From a virus (taxonomy: Duplodnaviria > Heunggongvirae > Uroviricota > Caudoviricetes), in IMG/VR virus record IMGVR_UViG_3300032116_000094, positions 64,001-88,554 of that record: a DNA stretch of 24,554 nucleotides; one strand, given 5' to 3'. The position numbers and the translations under genes were made by a program. Positions 8,097 through 17,123 of the stretch are shown here, piece by piece (within the stretch, counting starts at the first letter, position 1; each line of letters begins with the position of its first letter). A model generated the notes under the pieces. That model did no database searches, was not told where the DNA came from, and worked only from the letters and a program-made list of their open reading frames with translations.

Positions 8097-8465
8097 TTAT
8101 TTTTTATTTTCTTCGAACCATTCGATTACACTGTTTAATGCCCAAACGCTTCCTGAGGCGAATAAGCCATCAACAAAGACGACAAGGCTTTCTTTCAGTA
8201 TAGAATCGATTCCACTACCAAAATGTCTGTATTCATCAATATAAGAAATATATGGTGAGAACAATACGAATGATAAGAAGAACCCAACCCATGTTGATGT
8301 ACACATAACACAGCTTAGTAGCTGAAGCACAAAGGTACTAATATTTGATATAACAGGTATCCTATTTTCCCTTAAAAAGTTTTTAAATCCATTAAAAATG
8401 GAACCGTATACCAAAATGTTTGTACAACCGTATGCGATAAAAATCCAAATAAGTAATTTAATCAT
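8097..8465 (-). CDS. Membrane protein, DUF1360-like
   Basis: Three hydrophobic segments; LLSCVMCTSTWVG resembles the LLxCxxCxSxWV motif. Confidence 0.6.
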   Translation of the reverse strand: MIKLLIWIFIAYGCTNILVYGSIFNGFKNFLRENRIPVISNISTFVLQLLSCVMCTSTWVGFFLSFVLFSPYISYIDEYRHFGSGIDSILKESLVVFVDGLFASGSVWALNSVIEWFEENKK

Positions 8466-8896
8466 AATTGATCTTTTAAATTTGTTGTTCTCAAAAACGT
8501 TGCTGATTGAGATATTGATTTAGTTTTTATTGCCGATAGCTCATCTTCTTTAGCTTGCAATTCAGATCTCAGGGTTTGTAATGTATTTGACAACTTAGAC
8601 ATTTTATCTCGTAAGTCTAACGTTTCTTTTTCGACAAGCTCACTACAATCTTTATCTTGAATCACCGACACCTCTTTAATAATTTCCCTGTCTACATATT
8701 TAATAACCTCCTTTTCTATTATCTCGATTTGTTTTTCAGGCTCTGATCCACCTAATAATCCATATTTTTTAATATCAAAACCTTGTTTTAAACATTGAAG
8801 TAAAAACTTTTCAATATCAGATATTGAATTTAAGTGACAATATTCCTGAATTGTAGAATACAATTCATTATGAATTGATAAGTTTTTCATCTCCAT
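8462..8896 (-). CDS. Hypothetical coiled-coil protein
   Basis: ATG at 8896 or 8890; IEKEVIKYVDREIIKEV repeat-like segment followed by a coiled coil; ATGA coupling downstream. Confidence 0.75.
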   Translation of the reverse strand: MEMKNLSIHNELYSTIQEYCHLNSISDIEKFLLQCLKQGFDIKKYGLLGGSEPEKQIEIIEKEVIKYVDREIIKEVSVIQDKDCSELVEKETLDLRDKMSKLSNTLQTLRSELQAKEDELSAIKTKSISQSATFLRTTNLKDQL

Positions 8897-9647
8897 TAAT
8901 TATATCATCAATACTAGTAATTTTAAAAGAAAGATAAGACCTGGGGTTTTTAATGTCAAAAAACGTATATTCATCAATTTCTAGATCATAAAGGCCATAG
9001 CCATGATAACTAACTGACTCACCATAATCTTGCTGAATAAAAGAGCCAACCATATATGCTTTCTTATTATTAGGAATATTAAAAACTTGTCTTTTGTGTA
9101 TATCGCCACATAATACTACGTCGCAGCCTGAAAATTTATTAGTATCATAACCTTCAGTAAAAACGTGGCCAACATCTGTTTTTAACCCATGAACCGCACC
9201 GTGAAATATACCTATGTTTTTTTTATCTGAAAAAACAAAGTCAGGTGGTATATTATGGTCCATTAATGAATATACACACCAATTAACATTGGAATCTTCA
9301 TAGATGCCTCTATTTTTGTAGTAAACAATATTTTTATTATTTAAAGATTCAACAACAGGAGTTATAGCGTCTAGTCGACCCATATTTGCCTCCAAAAAGT
9401 CATGATTACCTGGTATGATAATTGTTTTACATATTTTAGAACATTCCACCAATACCCAAGCAATCATGTCTATCAATTCTGGTGACATTTGGTTTTTAGA
9501 ATGAACCAAGTCACCAGAAAAAACAATTCTATCAGGATTATGTCCACGCCACTCAGAAAAGGCTTTATTTAATAATAAACGATATAATTCGTGATCTTTA
9601 TATATTTTAAGGTGTAAGTCCGAGAAGTGAATTATTTTCTTTATCAT
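8868..9647 (-). CDS. sbcD: SbcD/Mre11/gp47-like calcineurin-type metallophosphoesterase nuclease
   Basis: Motifs HFSDLH, FSGDLVH, PGNHD, FHG, CGDIH and GSFIQQDYGE; start moved from TTG 9665 to ATG 9647; close to the SbcC-like gene. Confidence 0.9.
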   Translation of the reverse strand: MIKKIIHFSDLHLKIYKDHELYRLLLNKAFSEWRGHNPDRIVFSGDLVHSKNQMSPELIDMIAWVLVECSKICKTIIIPGNHDFLEANMGRLDAITPVVESLNNKNIVYYKNRGIYEDSNVNWCVYSLMDHNIPPDFVFSDKKNIGIFHGAVHGLKTDVGHVFTEGYDTNKFSGCDVVLCGDIHKRQVFNIPNNKKAYMVGSFIQQDYGESVSYHGYGLYDLEIDEYTFFDIKNPRSYLSFKITSIDDIINGDEKLINS

Positions 9648-9858
9648 TAGATTCTTGTGTGTCAAAAATATTAAATTCTTTATTTATGTGGTTGCATTGA
9701 TTACAACAATAAACGCTAATAGGTGCAATAGCATCTTGACTCTCCCCAAGCATAATCCTAGACACTTTTTTCAGTATAAAAGCTTCTTTGAAGAGTTTCG
9801 ATCCGCATTTTTCGCAAGATATATTAGGTTGTGATCTTAAATCAATTTTTGAATCCAT
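9607..9858 (-). CDS. Small zinc-ribbon protein
   Basis: CEKC and CNQC Cys pairs in 83 aa. Confidence 0.75.
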   Translation of the reverse strand: MDSKIDLRSQPNISCEKCGSKLFKEAFILKKVSRIMLGESQDAIAPISVYCCNQCNHINKEFNIFDTQESNDKENNSLLGLTP

Positions 9859-9887
9859 AGTAATTTTAATTTATTTTTAGTTTATTG

Positions 9888-10745
9888 TCAAATTTTGTGT
9901 AATTTAAAATCGTATTGTAAAACACGATTTGTTATGTTTTGAGGAACCCTATACTCAGAATACATTGAGTCCTCATTCAAATGAACCACAATGCAACCTA
10001 ATAATTTTGTATTTTCAAATTCAGTTCCTTCAAGCATTTTTAGAAGCAATTTCCCATATAATGGCAACTGTAAATAATAGTGCCCTAAAGCAGTATCGTC
10101 TATATCGTCAAAAGGTGGTTTTAACTTTTTAGTATATTTGTTAGGAACAAAATTCTTAGATTGATTCGTTTTCCAGTCTGTGATAGCAATTCCAATTTCA
10201 CCTCTAGATTTAGATTCAAATAACCATACTTTATCTGGTTGACCAACGTACCCCAATTCAGGATGACCTATTACCATCTCAGTATCCAATAATATACCAC
10301 CACGTTCTTTCATAAGTTTAAGATATTTGTTACCGGCGGATATCATTTTATCACTAGCTAATAACTGGTATCTATCACATTCAAAAACAGGTTCTCTAAG
10401 AGTTTTTCTTAAATTAAAAAGATCTACAGAAGTTTGCTCTAAAAAATAATGTACACGATTACCAAGATTGACAGCTTTATCTCCTGATTCTTTCCATTTA
10501 AGTAATAGTTCATTCTTTTTCTGTGTATTACCTTTTGATATTTGTTCAGAAATTTGTTCGGCATCAAACTCGTCATAAAATTTTTTAATAACTTTAGTAA
10601 CGGAAGGATAATTATCACGTATATTACCATTAGAATCTATCATATGGTAGATGTGTGTATCTTCAAAAAACTTTAGTGAAAGTTCCTCTCTTTTTGTTTC
10701 AAAAACTTTTCTAAGCTCATTAGCCGTGTCATTTATATTCATCAT
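9888..10745 (-). CDS. PD-(D/E)XK superfamily (RecB/Cas4-like) exonuclease
   Basis: YPSVTKVI, LDTE, GQPD, ITDWKT and YYLQLPLY motifs in canonical order. Confidence 0.85.
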   Translation of the reverse strand: MMNINDTANELRKVFETKREELSLKFFEDTHIYHMIDSNGNIRDNYPSVTKVIKKFYDEFDAEQISEQISKGNTQKKNELLLKWKESGDKAVNLGNRVHYFLEQTSVDLFNLRKTLREPVFECDRYQLLASDKMISAGNKYLKLMKERGGILLDTEMVIGHPELGYVGQPDKVWLFESKSRGEIGIAITDWKTNQSKNFVPNKYTKKLKPPFDDIDDTALGHYYLQLPLYGKLLLKMLEGTEFENTKLLGCIVVHLNEDSMYSEYRVPQNITNRVLQYDFKLHKI

Positions 10746-11660
10746 TTATTTTATTTCATAATAATATTCGTTTATTTTTCCCCTCAAATCGCAGACATCT
10801 TTATCTGCCGGTAGTTTTAAAACCCTAATCTTACCGTATAATACCCCCCCATTTAGCTCATGATATAGTTTTAGTGCGTTATCAAAAGCATCTCCATCGA
10901 GGCATATAGTAATATTACCCTTTGCCTTGTTATATAATGCTTCAAAAAGAATATTTGGTAAATGTTTACCTAACAAGGGAATGCTATTGTTTAGAAAAAA
11001 AGAGTCGAACACCCCCTCAACTAAAAAAATATCATCGGACCAATTAATAAGGTGTTCATTAAAAATAATCAACTCCTTTTCAGCCTCAGGATTTTTATAT
11101 TTTGCTCGTGATTTTGTGTTCCAAGATCTTCCAATATAATAATTTAATTCATTGTTACTATCGTATGACGGTACTATAATTCTACCTTTGTAATCTCCTT
11201 TGGCCGCAAAACCTATTTTATATTTGTTTATTATTTCTTCTGTAATACCTCTAGACTTCAAATAATTTATAGCCTCAAGATACGGAGGATACCGTTTATT
11301 TGATTCACTTAATAACACGAAATCTTCAGGTAGTTTTATTTTCTTCCTAAAATGCGTAACTTGTTCCGAATCTTTCGGTCTTATTAAATTGTAAAGTTTT
11401 TTTAGCCTTTTATCACCATATAATTCAAATAGCTTACCCAGAGGACCATGCATTTTGCTATAATCCCCACAAGACCAGCAGTGAAATAAATGTTTAGAAT
11501 ACGATATTTCTAGGTTGCCTTTCCCATCCCCAGATTCTAATCCTTTTAATTCTGAACAATTTGGACAATCATATGATATCTGGGATTTGTTGGGATAGTG
11601 AGCTTTATGCTGACCCAACAGATCATCCAACAAGGTTATTATTACATCATGCTCTTCCAT
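10746..11660 (-). CDS. dnaG: DNA primase (zinc finger plus Toprim)
   Basis: CPNC...FHCWSC zinc finger; YLKSRGI, RIIVP, KYKNP; Toprim LVEGVFD, ICLDGDA, DKDVCD. Start moved from TTG 11699 to ATG 11660. Confidence 0.9.
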   Translation of the reverse strand: MEEHDVIITLLDDLLGQHKAHYPNKSQISYDCPNCSELKGLESGDGKGNLEISYSKHLFHCWSCGDYSKMHGPLGKLFELYGDKRLKKLYNLIRPKDSEQVTHFRKKIKLPEDFVLLSESNKRYPPYLEAINYLKSRGITEEIINKYKIGFAAKGDYKGRIIVPSYDSNNELNYYIGRSWNTKSRAKYKNPEAEKELIIFNEHLINWSDDIFLVEGVFDSFFLNNSIPLLGKHLPNILFEALYNKAKGNITICLDGDAFDNALKLYHELNGGVLYGKIRVLKLPADKDVCDLRGKINEYYYEIK

Positions 11661-11664
11661 AGAA

Positions 11665-11675
11665 CAAAGGTAATA
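11665..11675 (-). promoter_or_regulatory. Bacteroidota-type -7 promoter element TAnnTTTG (TATTACCTTTG), probably a near-leaderless transcript
   Basis: Minus strand reads TATTACCTTTGttctATG, with only 4 nt before the primase ATG; identical to 5504-5514. Confidence 0.6.
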
Positions 11676-11708
11676 AATTAATTTCAATAAAAAAAACAAG
11701 AAATAAAT

Positions 11709-12311
11709 TTAACTCCAAATGCCTTCCTTTTTTAGGAACCCTAACGCACAACAATACGCATCAGTACTATCGAAATTTTCTTTTTTCAACGTATTATTTT
11801 TAGTAAATAACCATTGAATTTGCGGTTCACGTTTAGAGACTAATTCCCATATTACCATTTTTTTATCAACATCCTTTGGATACCCACCAAACAAGACATT
11901 TTTACCCTTATCATTTTTCTGTAAAAGTTCAGGAAAGGCATTTTTCCTGGATTCATATGTTGTGATAAAATCAGGAACAATACCTAATACTTCATAAACC
12001 TCTCTAAATATTAGAGTGTTAAACCTAAGTAGCGTACCTATTGTATATGCATTATTAGAGTTCAATAACGGCTCTTCAATAACAACATGTGTGATATTTA
12101 AACTAGAATACGCTTCTAACTTTGATCTAAACATATTAGATTTTAATATTAGTTCTTCCAGTTTATTTCCAACTTCAGGTTTTGGCCTGGGGGATACATG
12201 CGTTAATTCTAATAATTCTTTAGTCGCAATATCAAATAATGCGATCCCAATAGTTTTAGTTGAAACGTCCAATCCTAGAATTTTTGGGTTATTTACAATA
12301 GTTTCACTCAT
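11709..12311 (-). CDS. ruvC: RuvC-like (RNase H fold) Holliday junction resolvase
   Basis: ILGLDVSTKTIG, VVIEEP and DSTDAYC carry the D/E/D/D acidic residues; located in the replication block. Confidence 0.8.
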   Translation of the reverse strand: MSETIVNNPKILGLDVSTKTIGIALFDIATKELLELTHVSPRPKPEVGNKLEELILKSNMFRSKLEAYSSLNITHVVIEEPLLNSNNAYTIGTLLRFNTLIFREVYEVLGIVPDFITTYESRKNAFPELLQKNDKGKNVLFGGYPKDVDKKMVIWELVSKREPQIQWLFTKNNTLKKENFDSTDAYCCALGFLKKEGIWS

Positions 12312-12362
12312 ATAATAAATTATTGATACAATAATAGTTAAATATGTTGTAATTGTGAATTA

Positions 12363-14570
12363 TTAAAAATCCAATCTTACTGCAAATTGCTGAGTACCTT
12401 GCCTTTGTATAGGTGACTGCAACTTTGTTATTACAACCAAATCTTTATCGACATCAAACAAACCAACTTCAGTTATAAAACTATTTGTTCCTGGAACCCA
12501 TGTTGGGTTAGTTGTGTTTGTAAATTGTGTTGAAACTAAATTACATAAAAACCTCATTTCATAAATAGTTGCCTCAATATCTGTCTCGATATTTCCATAA
12601 AAAAAATACTCCTCACCAAAATTCAAAAGATCTTCTTGCCCTGATGGTTCTGGTAAAGGTAAATAATCTGCTAAATCATATGTATCGGCATTATTATACA
12701 TATCGTAGCTAATAATGAATGTATTTGATGTCATAGCAGAAGGCGAAATTGCTCCATTGCAAGTATCACCGCTCACCCTATAAGTAAAATCAATTTTTTT
12801 CCAAGCTCCAGGCGAAGGTTGTGTTGTAGAACCAGAAACCAACTGAGCTAATACCATAAATTCATTCGCATTAAATCCACTAAAACAAGTGCAACCAGAA
12901 TTCATAAAAGGAAATTCCTCACCAAATTTAATAGCAACGTTTTGCCTGTCTTGATTACACTCATCACTAGGACCTTGCACTTTAGAATAATAATTACAAT
13001 GCAATGAGTCAGTAAATCCAAATGTTGAATTAAATCTATACGTAATATACATGTACTCTTGGTTATTACCTATAACACCAAAGTCATCAACGTCAGCATC
13101 ACACAAATTGGGGGCAACCAAAGACAAAGATGGTGCAGGTAATGTCCAGTTTCTATTTGATTTATACGATAAGGCTGCTACGATTTCGTCATCGTCAAAC
13201 ACAATAGTTTTTATATCAGGAAATACTTTTCCTACTCTATTTGGTGTACCTAAGTTATTTACATGTGTATCCCACAAATGATAGTATCTTAGCCCTGGAT
13301 TATTCATATCATTATCCACAGCAGATTTCATATATTTGACTTGGAATAATCCCTGAACCCCAACATCCGGATCAACATAAAAAGTCTCCCCCATTTGACC
13401 GGTAGATGACTTATGCCACATTAGCCAAGGTATTGAAACTTTAAAGTTTCTAGCAAAACCAGTCGTCTCTAAACTTTGCGGATCGAATGGTCTTAACGCA
13501 AATTTTTCACCATAAAAACTATCAATAGCATTGTTTGTATAATGAACTATAGCAATAGCCTTTTGCTCATTAGGATTTTGATAAACAGGTTTTTGATATG
13601 AATTAAAATAATAAGTATCTGTTGTTTCAGCAGTTAATGCAGGTGAAACCCAAAATGTTTGACCGCTTAGTTCTTGATAGCCAAAATATTCTTTACTACC
13701 AAGATATGTTCGTGAATTATATTTTGTGAAATCTTCATTCAAAGTAGAAACCACACCTGCCGGACTTACTGACCAAGGAATATTCATATTCCAAATTTTA
13801 ACATCGGTGTTACCTAAATCACAAATAGATTCAAAGTTAATAACATCAGGTGGCCAGTATCCTTCAGGCGTATTGTAATCATATAACTCAGTCATACCTG
13901 AAGGGTATATTAATACTCTAGCCGTTCCACAACAACCCGACTCAGAATAATTAGGTATATTCCTATCCAAAGTTAGTGTATTACCTGATACTGATTGTAT
14001 TTTATAAGTTAAAATTGGAAAGTTTGCAGTTAACCCACTATTACATGAACCAACCCCATCATAATAAATCGTAGCAAAATGACCGGAAAATGTTACTCCT
14101 GTTGTTGTAGAACAAAAATCGTCTGTTAATGTTATAGTATTACCACTATTTGAACAAAGGTCCAAAATGTAATTAGAACTAATAGTGTATGCTGAAGAAG
14201 TTTTTGCCGTCCATGAATTAGCCGAACCACTAAAAAAGCCTCTTGGTGCTGCTGTGTTGAATACCGAATAAATTTGTGAGTCCTCAAACGCTAAACCATA
14301 TGTATTGCCAGATGAACCAGATACATAATATGGATATTTTATATGCATTTTATTTGTCTCTGGATTCTGACTAGAATTTTGAGCATTATATGCGGCCTCT
14401 ATTATATTATTGTTTGTTTGATTATAACCTGGTATCTGATTATATAGCACTTCACTATCCCCAATTTGGAAATAACGAATATCTAGTTTACCTTTAGATA
14501 GCTTTAATCTACCGGTATCTGTAAACCTTGTATTTAATAGACCTGATGTATTTTTTATTATATATGCCAT
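12363..14570 (-). CDS. Putative virion tail/baseplate structural protein
   Basis: The C-terminus ITEVGLFDVDKDLVVITKLQSPI resembles the tail-collar fibre (DUF3751-like) ExGLFDxxxxL motif; N-terminal TDTGRxKLSxG...FQIGDSEV; S/T/N/G-rich; TATTTAT upstream. Confidence 0.65.
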   Translation of the reverse strand: MAYIIKNTSGLLNTRFTDTGRLKLSKGKLDIRYFQIGDSEVLYNQIPGYNQTNNNIIEAAYNAQNSSQNPETNKMHIKYPYYVSGSSGNTYGLAFEDSQIYSVFNTAAPRGFFSGSANSWTAKTSSAYTISSNYILDLCSNSGNTITLTDDFCSTTTGVTFSGHFATIYYDGVGSCNSGLTANFPILTYKIQSVSGNTLTLDRNIPNYSESGCCGTARVLIYPSGMTELYDYNTPEGYWPPDVINFESICDLGNTDVKIWNMNIPWSVSPAGVVSTLNEDFTKYNSRTYLGSKEYFGYQELSGQTFWVSPALTAETTDTYYFNSYQKPVYQNPNEQKAIAIVHYTNNAIDSFYGEKFALRPFDPQSLETTGFARNFKVSIPWLMWHKSSTGQMGETFYVDPDVGVQGLFQVKYMKSAVDNDMNNPGLRYYHLWDTHVNNLGTPNRVGKVFPDIKTIVFDDDEIVAALSYKSNRNWTLPAPSLSLVAPNLCDADVDDFGVIGNNQEYMYITYRFNSTFGFTDSLHCNYYSKVQGPSDECNQDRQNVAIKFGEEFPFMNSGCTCFSGFNANEFMVLAQLVSGSTTQPSPGAWKKIDFTYRVSGDTCNGAISPSAMTSNTFIISYDMYNNADTYDLADYLPLPEPSGQEDLLNFGEEYFFYGNIETDIEATIYEMRFLCNLVSTQFTNTTNPTWVPGTNSFITEVGLFDVDKDLVVITKLQSPIQRQGTQQFAVRLDF

Positions 14571-14574
14571 AACG

Positions 14575-14581
14575 ATAAATA
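14575..14581 (-). promoter_or_regulatory. Candidate late promoter core TATTTAT
   Basis: Minus strand reads gaTATTTATcgttATG in the 30-bp gap. Confidence 0.45.
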
Positions 14582-14600
14582 TCCTATTTAATGTAAATTA

Positions 14601-15977
14601 TTAGCCACTAGGTGGGTTATTAGGGTCTTGCTGCGGTATTTGTTGAGGTATTTGCGTGGTACTCTCAATTATTGTTGTTGGTTGAATTATAACACAATCA
14701 TTATCCACCGTAATATTTGACAAATAAGCATTTATCCCAACCGTACCTCTTGTATAACATAATGGATCGAATGTGAAGCCAGGATCAATATCTATTGTAT
14801 ATTCAATGTAACCAACAATATTTGATGTGTTATTACCTGTTATGGCTGTAGCAGAATATATATCATATGCAGCATATACATCATGTATCGGATTACATTG
14901 TGACGTAGATATATTGATGAATGGCCCACTATCTATTATTGACATTGTTTTTTGAATATTATTCACACTAATACTATGCCCTGTTGTTATAAAACTAACT
15001 GTTCCAGGCTCAGAATAGGTTTTAGTGTATGTTACAACATAATCAAACTCAATATTAACACCTACAGGCAATAATGATGTATCAATAGTAAAGTCGATTT
15101 TGTATTTTGTTAAGTCATTTATAGTTGTACCAACTCTATCCGGGCCAGCAGTAACAACCATCGGTAATTCATAAGTTTTTGGTTGAGATGGTGATAGTGT
15201 AACGTCACAACTAGTTGTATTACCTGATGAATCTTTAGCATAGACTGTATATGCCCCAGAAAATAACCCATTAAATATCCCAACATTAATAAAATTAACA
15301 TTATCTAAAGAATATTGCCAAGGAGGATTACCACCAGTTGCCACCGAAGTTATTGACCCATCATTTTCGTTTACACATGATGGACTATTAAAATTACACT
15401 TTATACTATATGTCTTATCTGCACTTTGACATTGACCCTCTGTTGATTTACAACTAAAAAATTGAGCGTTATTACCAAAGACAAACCATCCTGTCAATGG
15501 GGTATCTTTCGGGTCTGAGCTTCGTATAATTAAGCTAGGATAATCAGGTATTGGGTCTAGCTCCCAATATTGATTTATAAAATTCCATCTGGCATAATAG
15601 TTTATCAGATTTATTGTCGTAAAATACTCAGGTTTACCATTATAAGAGTTGCCGTTATAACAAAATGTATATCTTTTAAGCGTATTTGTTCTTGAATTTG
15701 TAATTGATAAACAAAAACAAGGATATGTTTTAATTGGATCTGAAATGTTTATTGTATTATACAAGCCACATAAATTGTTATATAATAATATTTTTTTACT
15801 TGTATCTGGGACTACAACTAAAACCCCTGTTATTAACTCCGAAAAAGTTAATCCTGTAGCAAATTCTGTTGTTAAATATTTAGTAGCCAAACTACTAGAT
15901 GATATATTATCATAATACACCGAAAAAGTTCCGTCAGGAGTTCCTGCTGTTATTGTTATATTAAATATCCTATTCAT
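14601..15977 (-). CDS. Putative virion protein with one SprB-like repeat
   Basis: True start is the ATG at 15977 (MNRIFNI), 1 nt after the upstream stop; the track's extension to 16097 is an alternative-frame reading of the PT repeat. SprB-like unit SCVNENDGSITSVATGGNPPWQYSLD...FNGLFSGAYTVYAKDSSG at about 15196-15407. Confidence 0.75.
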   Translation of the reverse strand: MNRIFNITITAGTPDGTFSVYYDNISSSSLATKYLTTEFATGLTFSELITGVLVVVPDTSKKILLYNNLCGLYNTINISDPIKTYPCFCLSITNSRTNTLKRYTFCYNGNSYNGKPEYFTTINLINYYARWNFINQYWELDPIPDYPSLIIRSSDPKDTPLTGWFVFGNNAQFFSCKSTEGQCQSADKTYSIKCNFNSPSCVNENDGSITSVATGGNPPWQYSLDNVNFINVGIFNGLFSGAYTVYAKDSSGNTTSCDVTLSPSQPKTYELPMVVTAGPDRVGTTINDLTKYKIDFTIDTSLLPVGVNIEFDYVVTYTKTYSEPGTVSFITTGHSISVNNIQKTMSIIDSGPFINISTSQCNPIHDVYAAYDIYSATAITGNNTSNIVGYIEYTIDIDPGFTFDPLCYTRGTVGINAYLSNITVDNDCVIIQPTTIIESTTQIPQQIPQQDPNNPPSG

Positions 15978-15978
15978 A

Positions 15979-16893
15979 TTATGGTGTCGGAGTTGGCGTA
16001 GGTGTTGGTGTTGATGTCGGAGTAGGACTAACTGTAGGTGTTGGTGTTGATGTTGGTGTCGGGCTAGGAGATATTGTTGGTATTGAACAAGTGCCAATAT
16101 TTAAAACAGACCCCAAAGAATTTGTTTGTATCCAATAAATACCGTTTGAATAATACCCTTCAACTACAGGCATTGTTAATTCATAATCATAATAAATGAT
16201 ATCCCCACTTTGCATTTCAAATATTTGTGAAACTGTTGACCAGTATTCTTTTGTTTCACCAGAACATGATGACAAGATAGTTGTTCCGCTACCTAATAAC
16301 AAATAGTTAAGTTCACTAACAGAGCCAGAAAAAATACAATCTAATGGTTCTATTAATTCGCAGCTAACGGTTGTTATAAAGTCATAATATTTATCAGTAA
16401 TTGTGGCATTATATGTACCTGCACTCAAGTTATATATTGTTGTACCAGTAGCTGTGGTATTATTAGGTAATGACCATACAACATAATATGGTGCTGTACC
16501 CCCAGTTATTGCTAAAGATAATATTCCACTATTAGGACTATTAACGTCAGGATTTATTGCAATACACTGAGCACCTAATGGAAATAATGTTATTGGTTCA
16601 CATTCGTTATATGAAACCCCTGGTATCGGAGGTGGAGGTAATGGCGTTGGCTCTGGCCCTGGACATGGCAAGCATCCTGAATATGAACATGTCATACCAG
16701 ATCCAGCATCAACCAAAGGTATATCATCATTTAGAATGGTAAAATATACCTTAATATCTGGCTCTTCAATAACTTTGTAACAAAAATTAATTGGCTTGCT
16801 GATTAATAAATTACCAACAGTGTATTTTGTTCCTGATTTTATTTTATATATTTGATTATCACAGCATCCTGTAACATAGCTACTTAAATTCAT
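15979..16893 (-). CDS. Putative virion protein: Cys-rich module, SprB-like repeat, C-terminal Pro-Thr tail
   Basis: Start moved to ATG 16893 (MNLSS); GCC...CLPC module, PGPEPTPLPPPP linker, SprB-like SGILSLAITGGTAPYYVVWS...NLSAGTYNATITD (about 16384-16566), and a PTPT tail. Confidence 0.75.
   Translation of the reverse strand: MNLSSYVTGCCDNQIYKIKSGTKYTVGNLLISKPINFCYKVIEEPDIKVYFTILNDDIPLVDAGSGMTCSYSGCLPCPGPEPTPLPPPPIPGVSYNECEPITLFPLGAQCIAINPDVNSPNSGILSLAITGGTAPYYVVWSLPNNTTATGTTIYNLSAGTYNATITDKYYDFITTVSCELIEPLDCIFSGSVSELNYLLLGSGTTILSSCSGETKEYWSTVSQIFEMQSGDIIYYDYELTMPVVEGYYSNGIYWIQTNSLGSVLNIGTCSIPTISPSPTPTSTPTPTVSPTPTSTPTPTPTPTP
15982..16080 (-). repeat. Pro-Thr dipeptide (6-bp period) low-complexity tail
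   Basis: ggtgt(t/c/a) units encoding PTISPSPTPTSTPTPTVSPTPTSTPTPTPTPTP up to the stop. Confidence 0.85.
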
Positions 16894-16898
16894 ATAAT

Positions 16899-17117
16899 TT
16901 ATATTACAATTAAAGATTTTATCACACAATTATTCCCATCTAATACCCGGATACCAACTTCACTTAAATTATTGTATGGTTCTGGAACTAAAAAAGAATA
17001 TGGTATGTCAGCATCATTTATTGTTGTAACGTATGCACACATGTTATATGTATTGTCACAAATATATACTGTGTATGGTTGTGTTCCGATTAAGTCTGTA
17101 ATAGTTATCTCTTTCAT
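16899..17117 (-). CDS. Small beta-rich hypothetical protein, 72 aa
   Basis: Tiles between virion-type genes; GTQPYTVY...VLDGNNC resembles a degenerate SprB/Ig-like unit. Confidence 0.75.
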   Translation of the reverse strand: MKEITITDLIGTQPYTVYICDNTYNMCAYVTTINDADIPYSFLVPEPYNNLSEVGIRVLDGNNCVIKSLIVI

Positions 17118-17123
17118 ATTATT

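Noticed and set aside
9888-10745. Cas4-like nuclease as a sign of a CRISPR system
   Set aside because: There are no cas genes or array, and no evident Fe-S cysteine set; the context is recombination and replication.
12322-12334. Small inverted repeat tattg-ata-caata upstream of the RuvC-like gene
   Set aside because: A five-bp AT-rich stem is expected by chance at this base composition.
15978-16097. QHQH-rich N-terminal extension of ORF 14601..16097
   Set aside because: It is an off-frame reading of the upstream gene's Pro-Thr tail; the ATG at 15977 follows the upstream stop directly.
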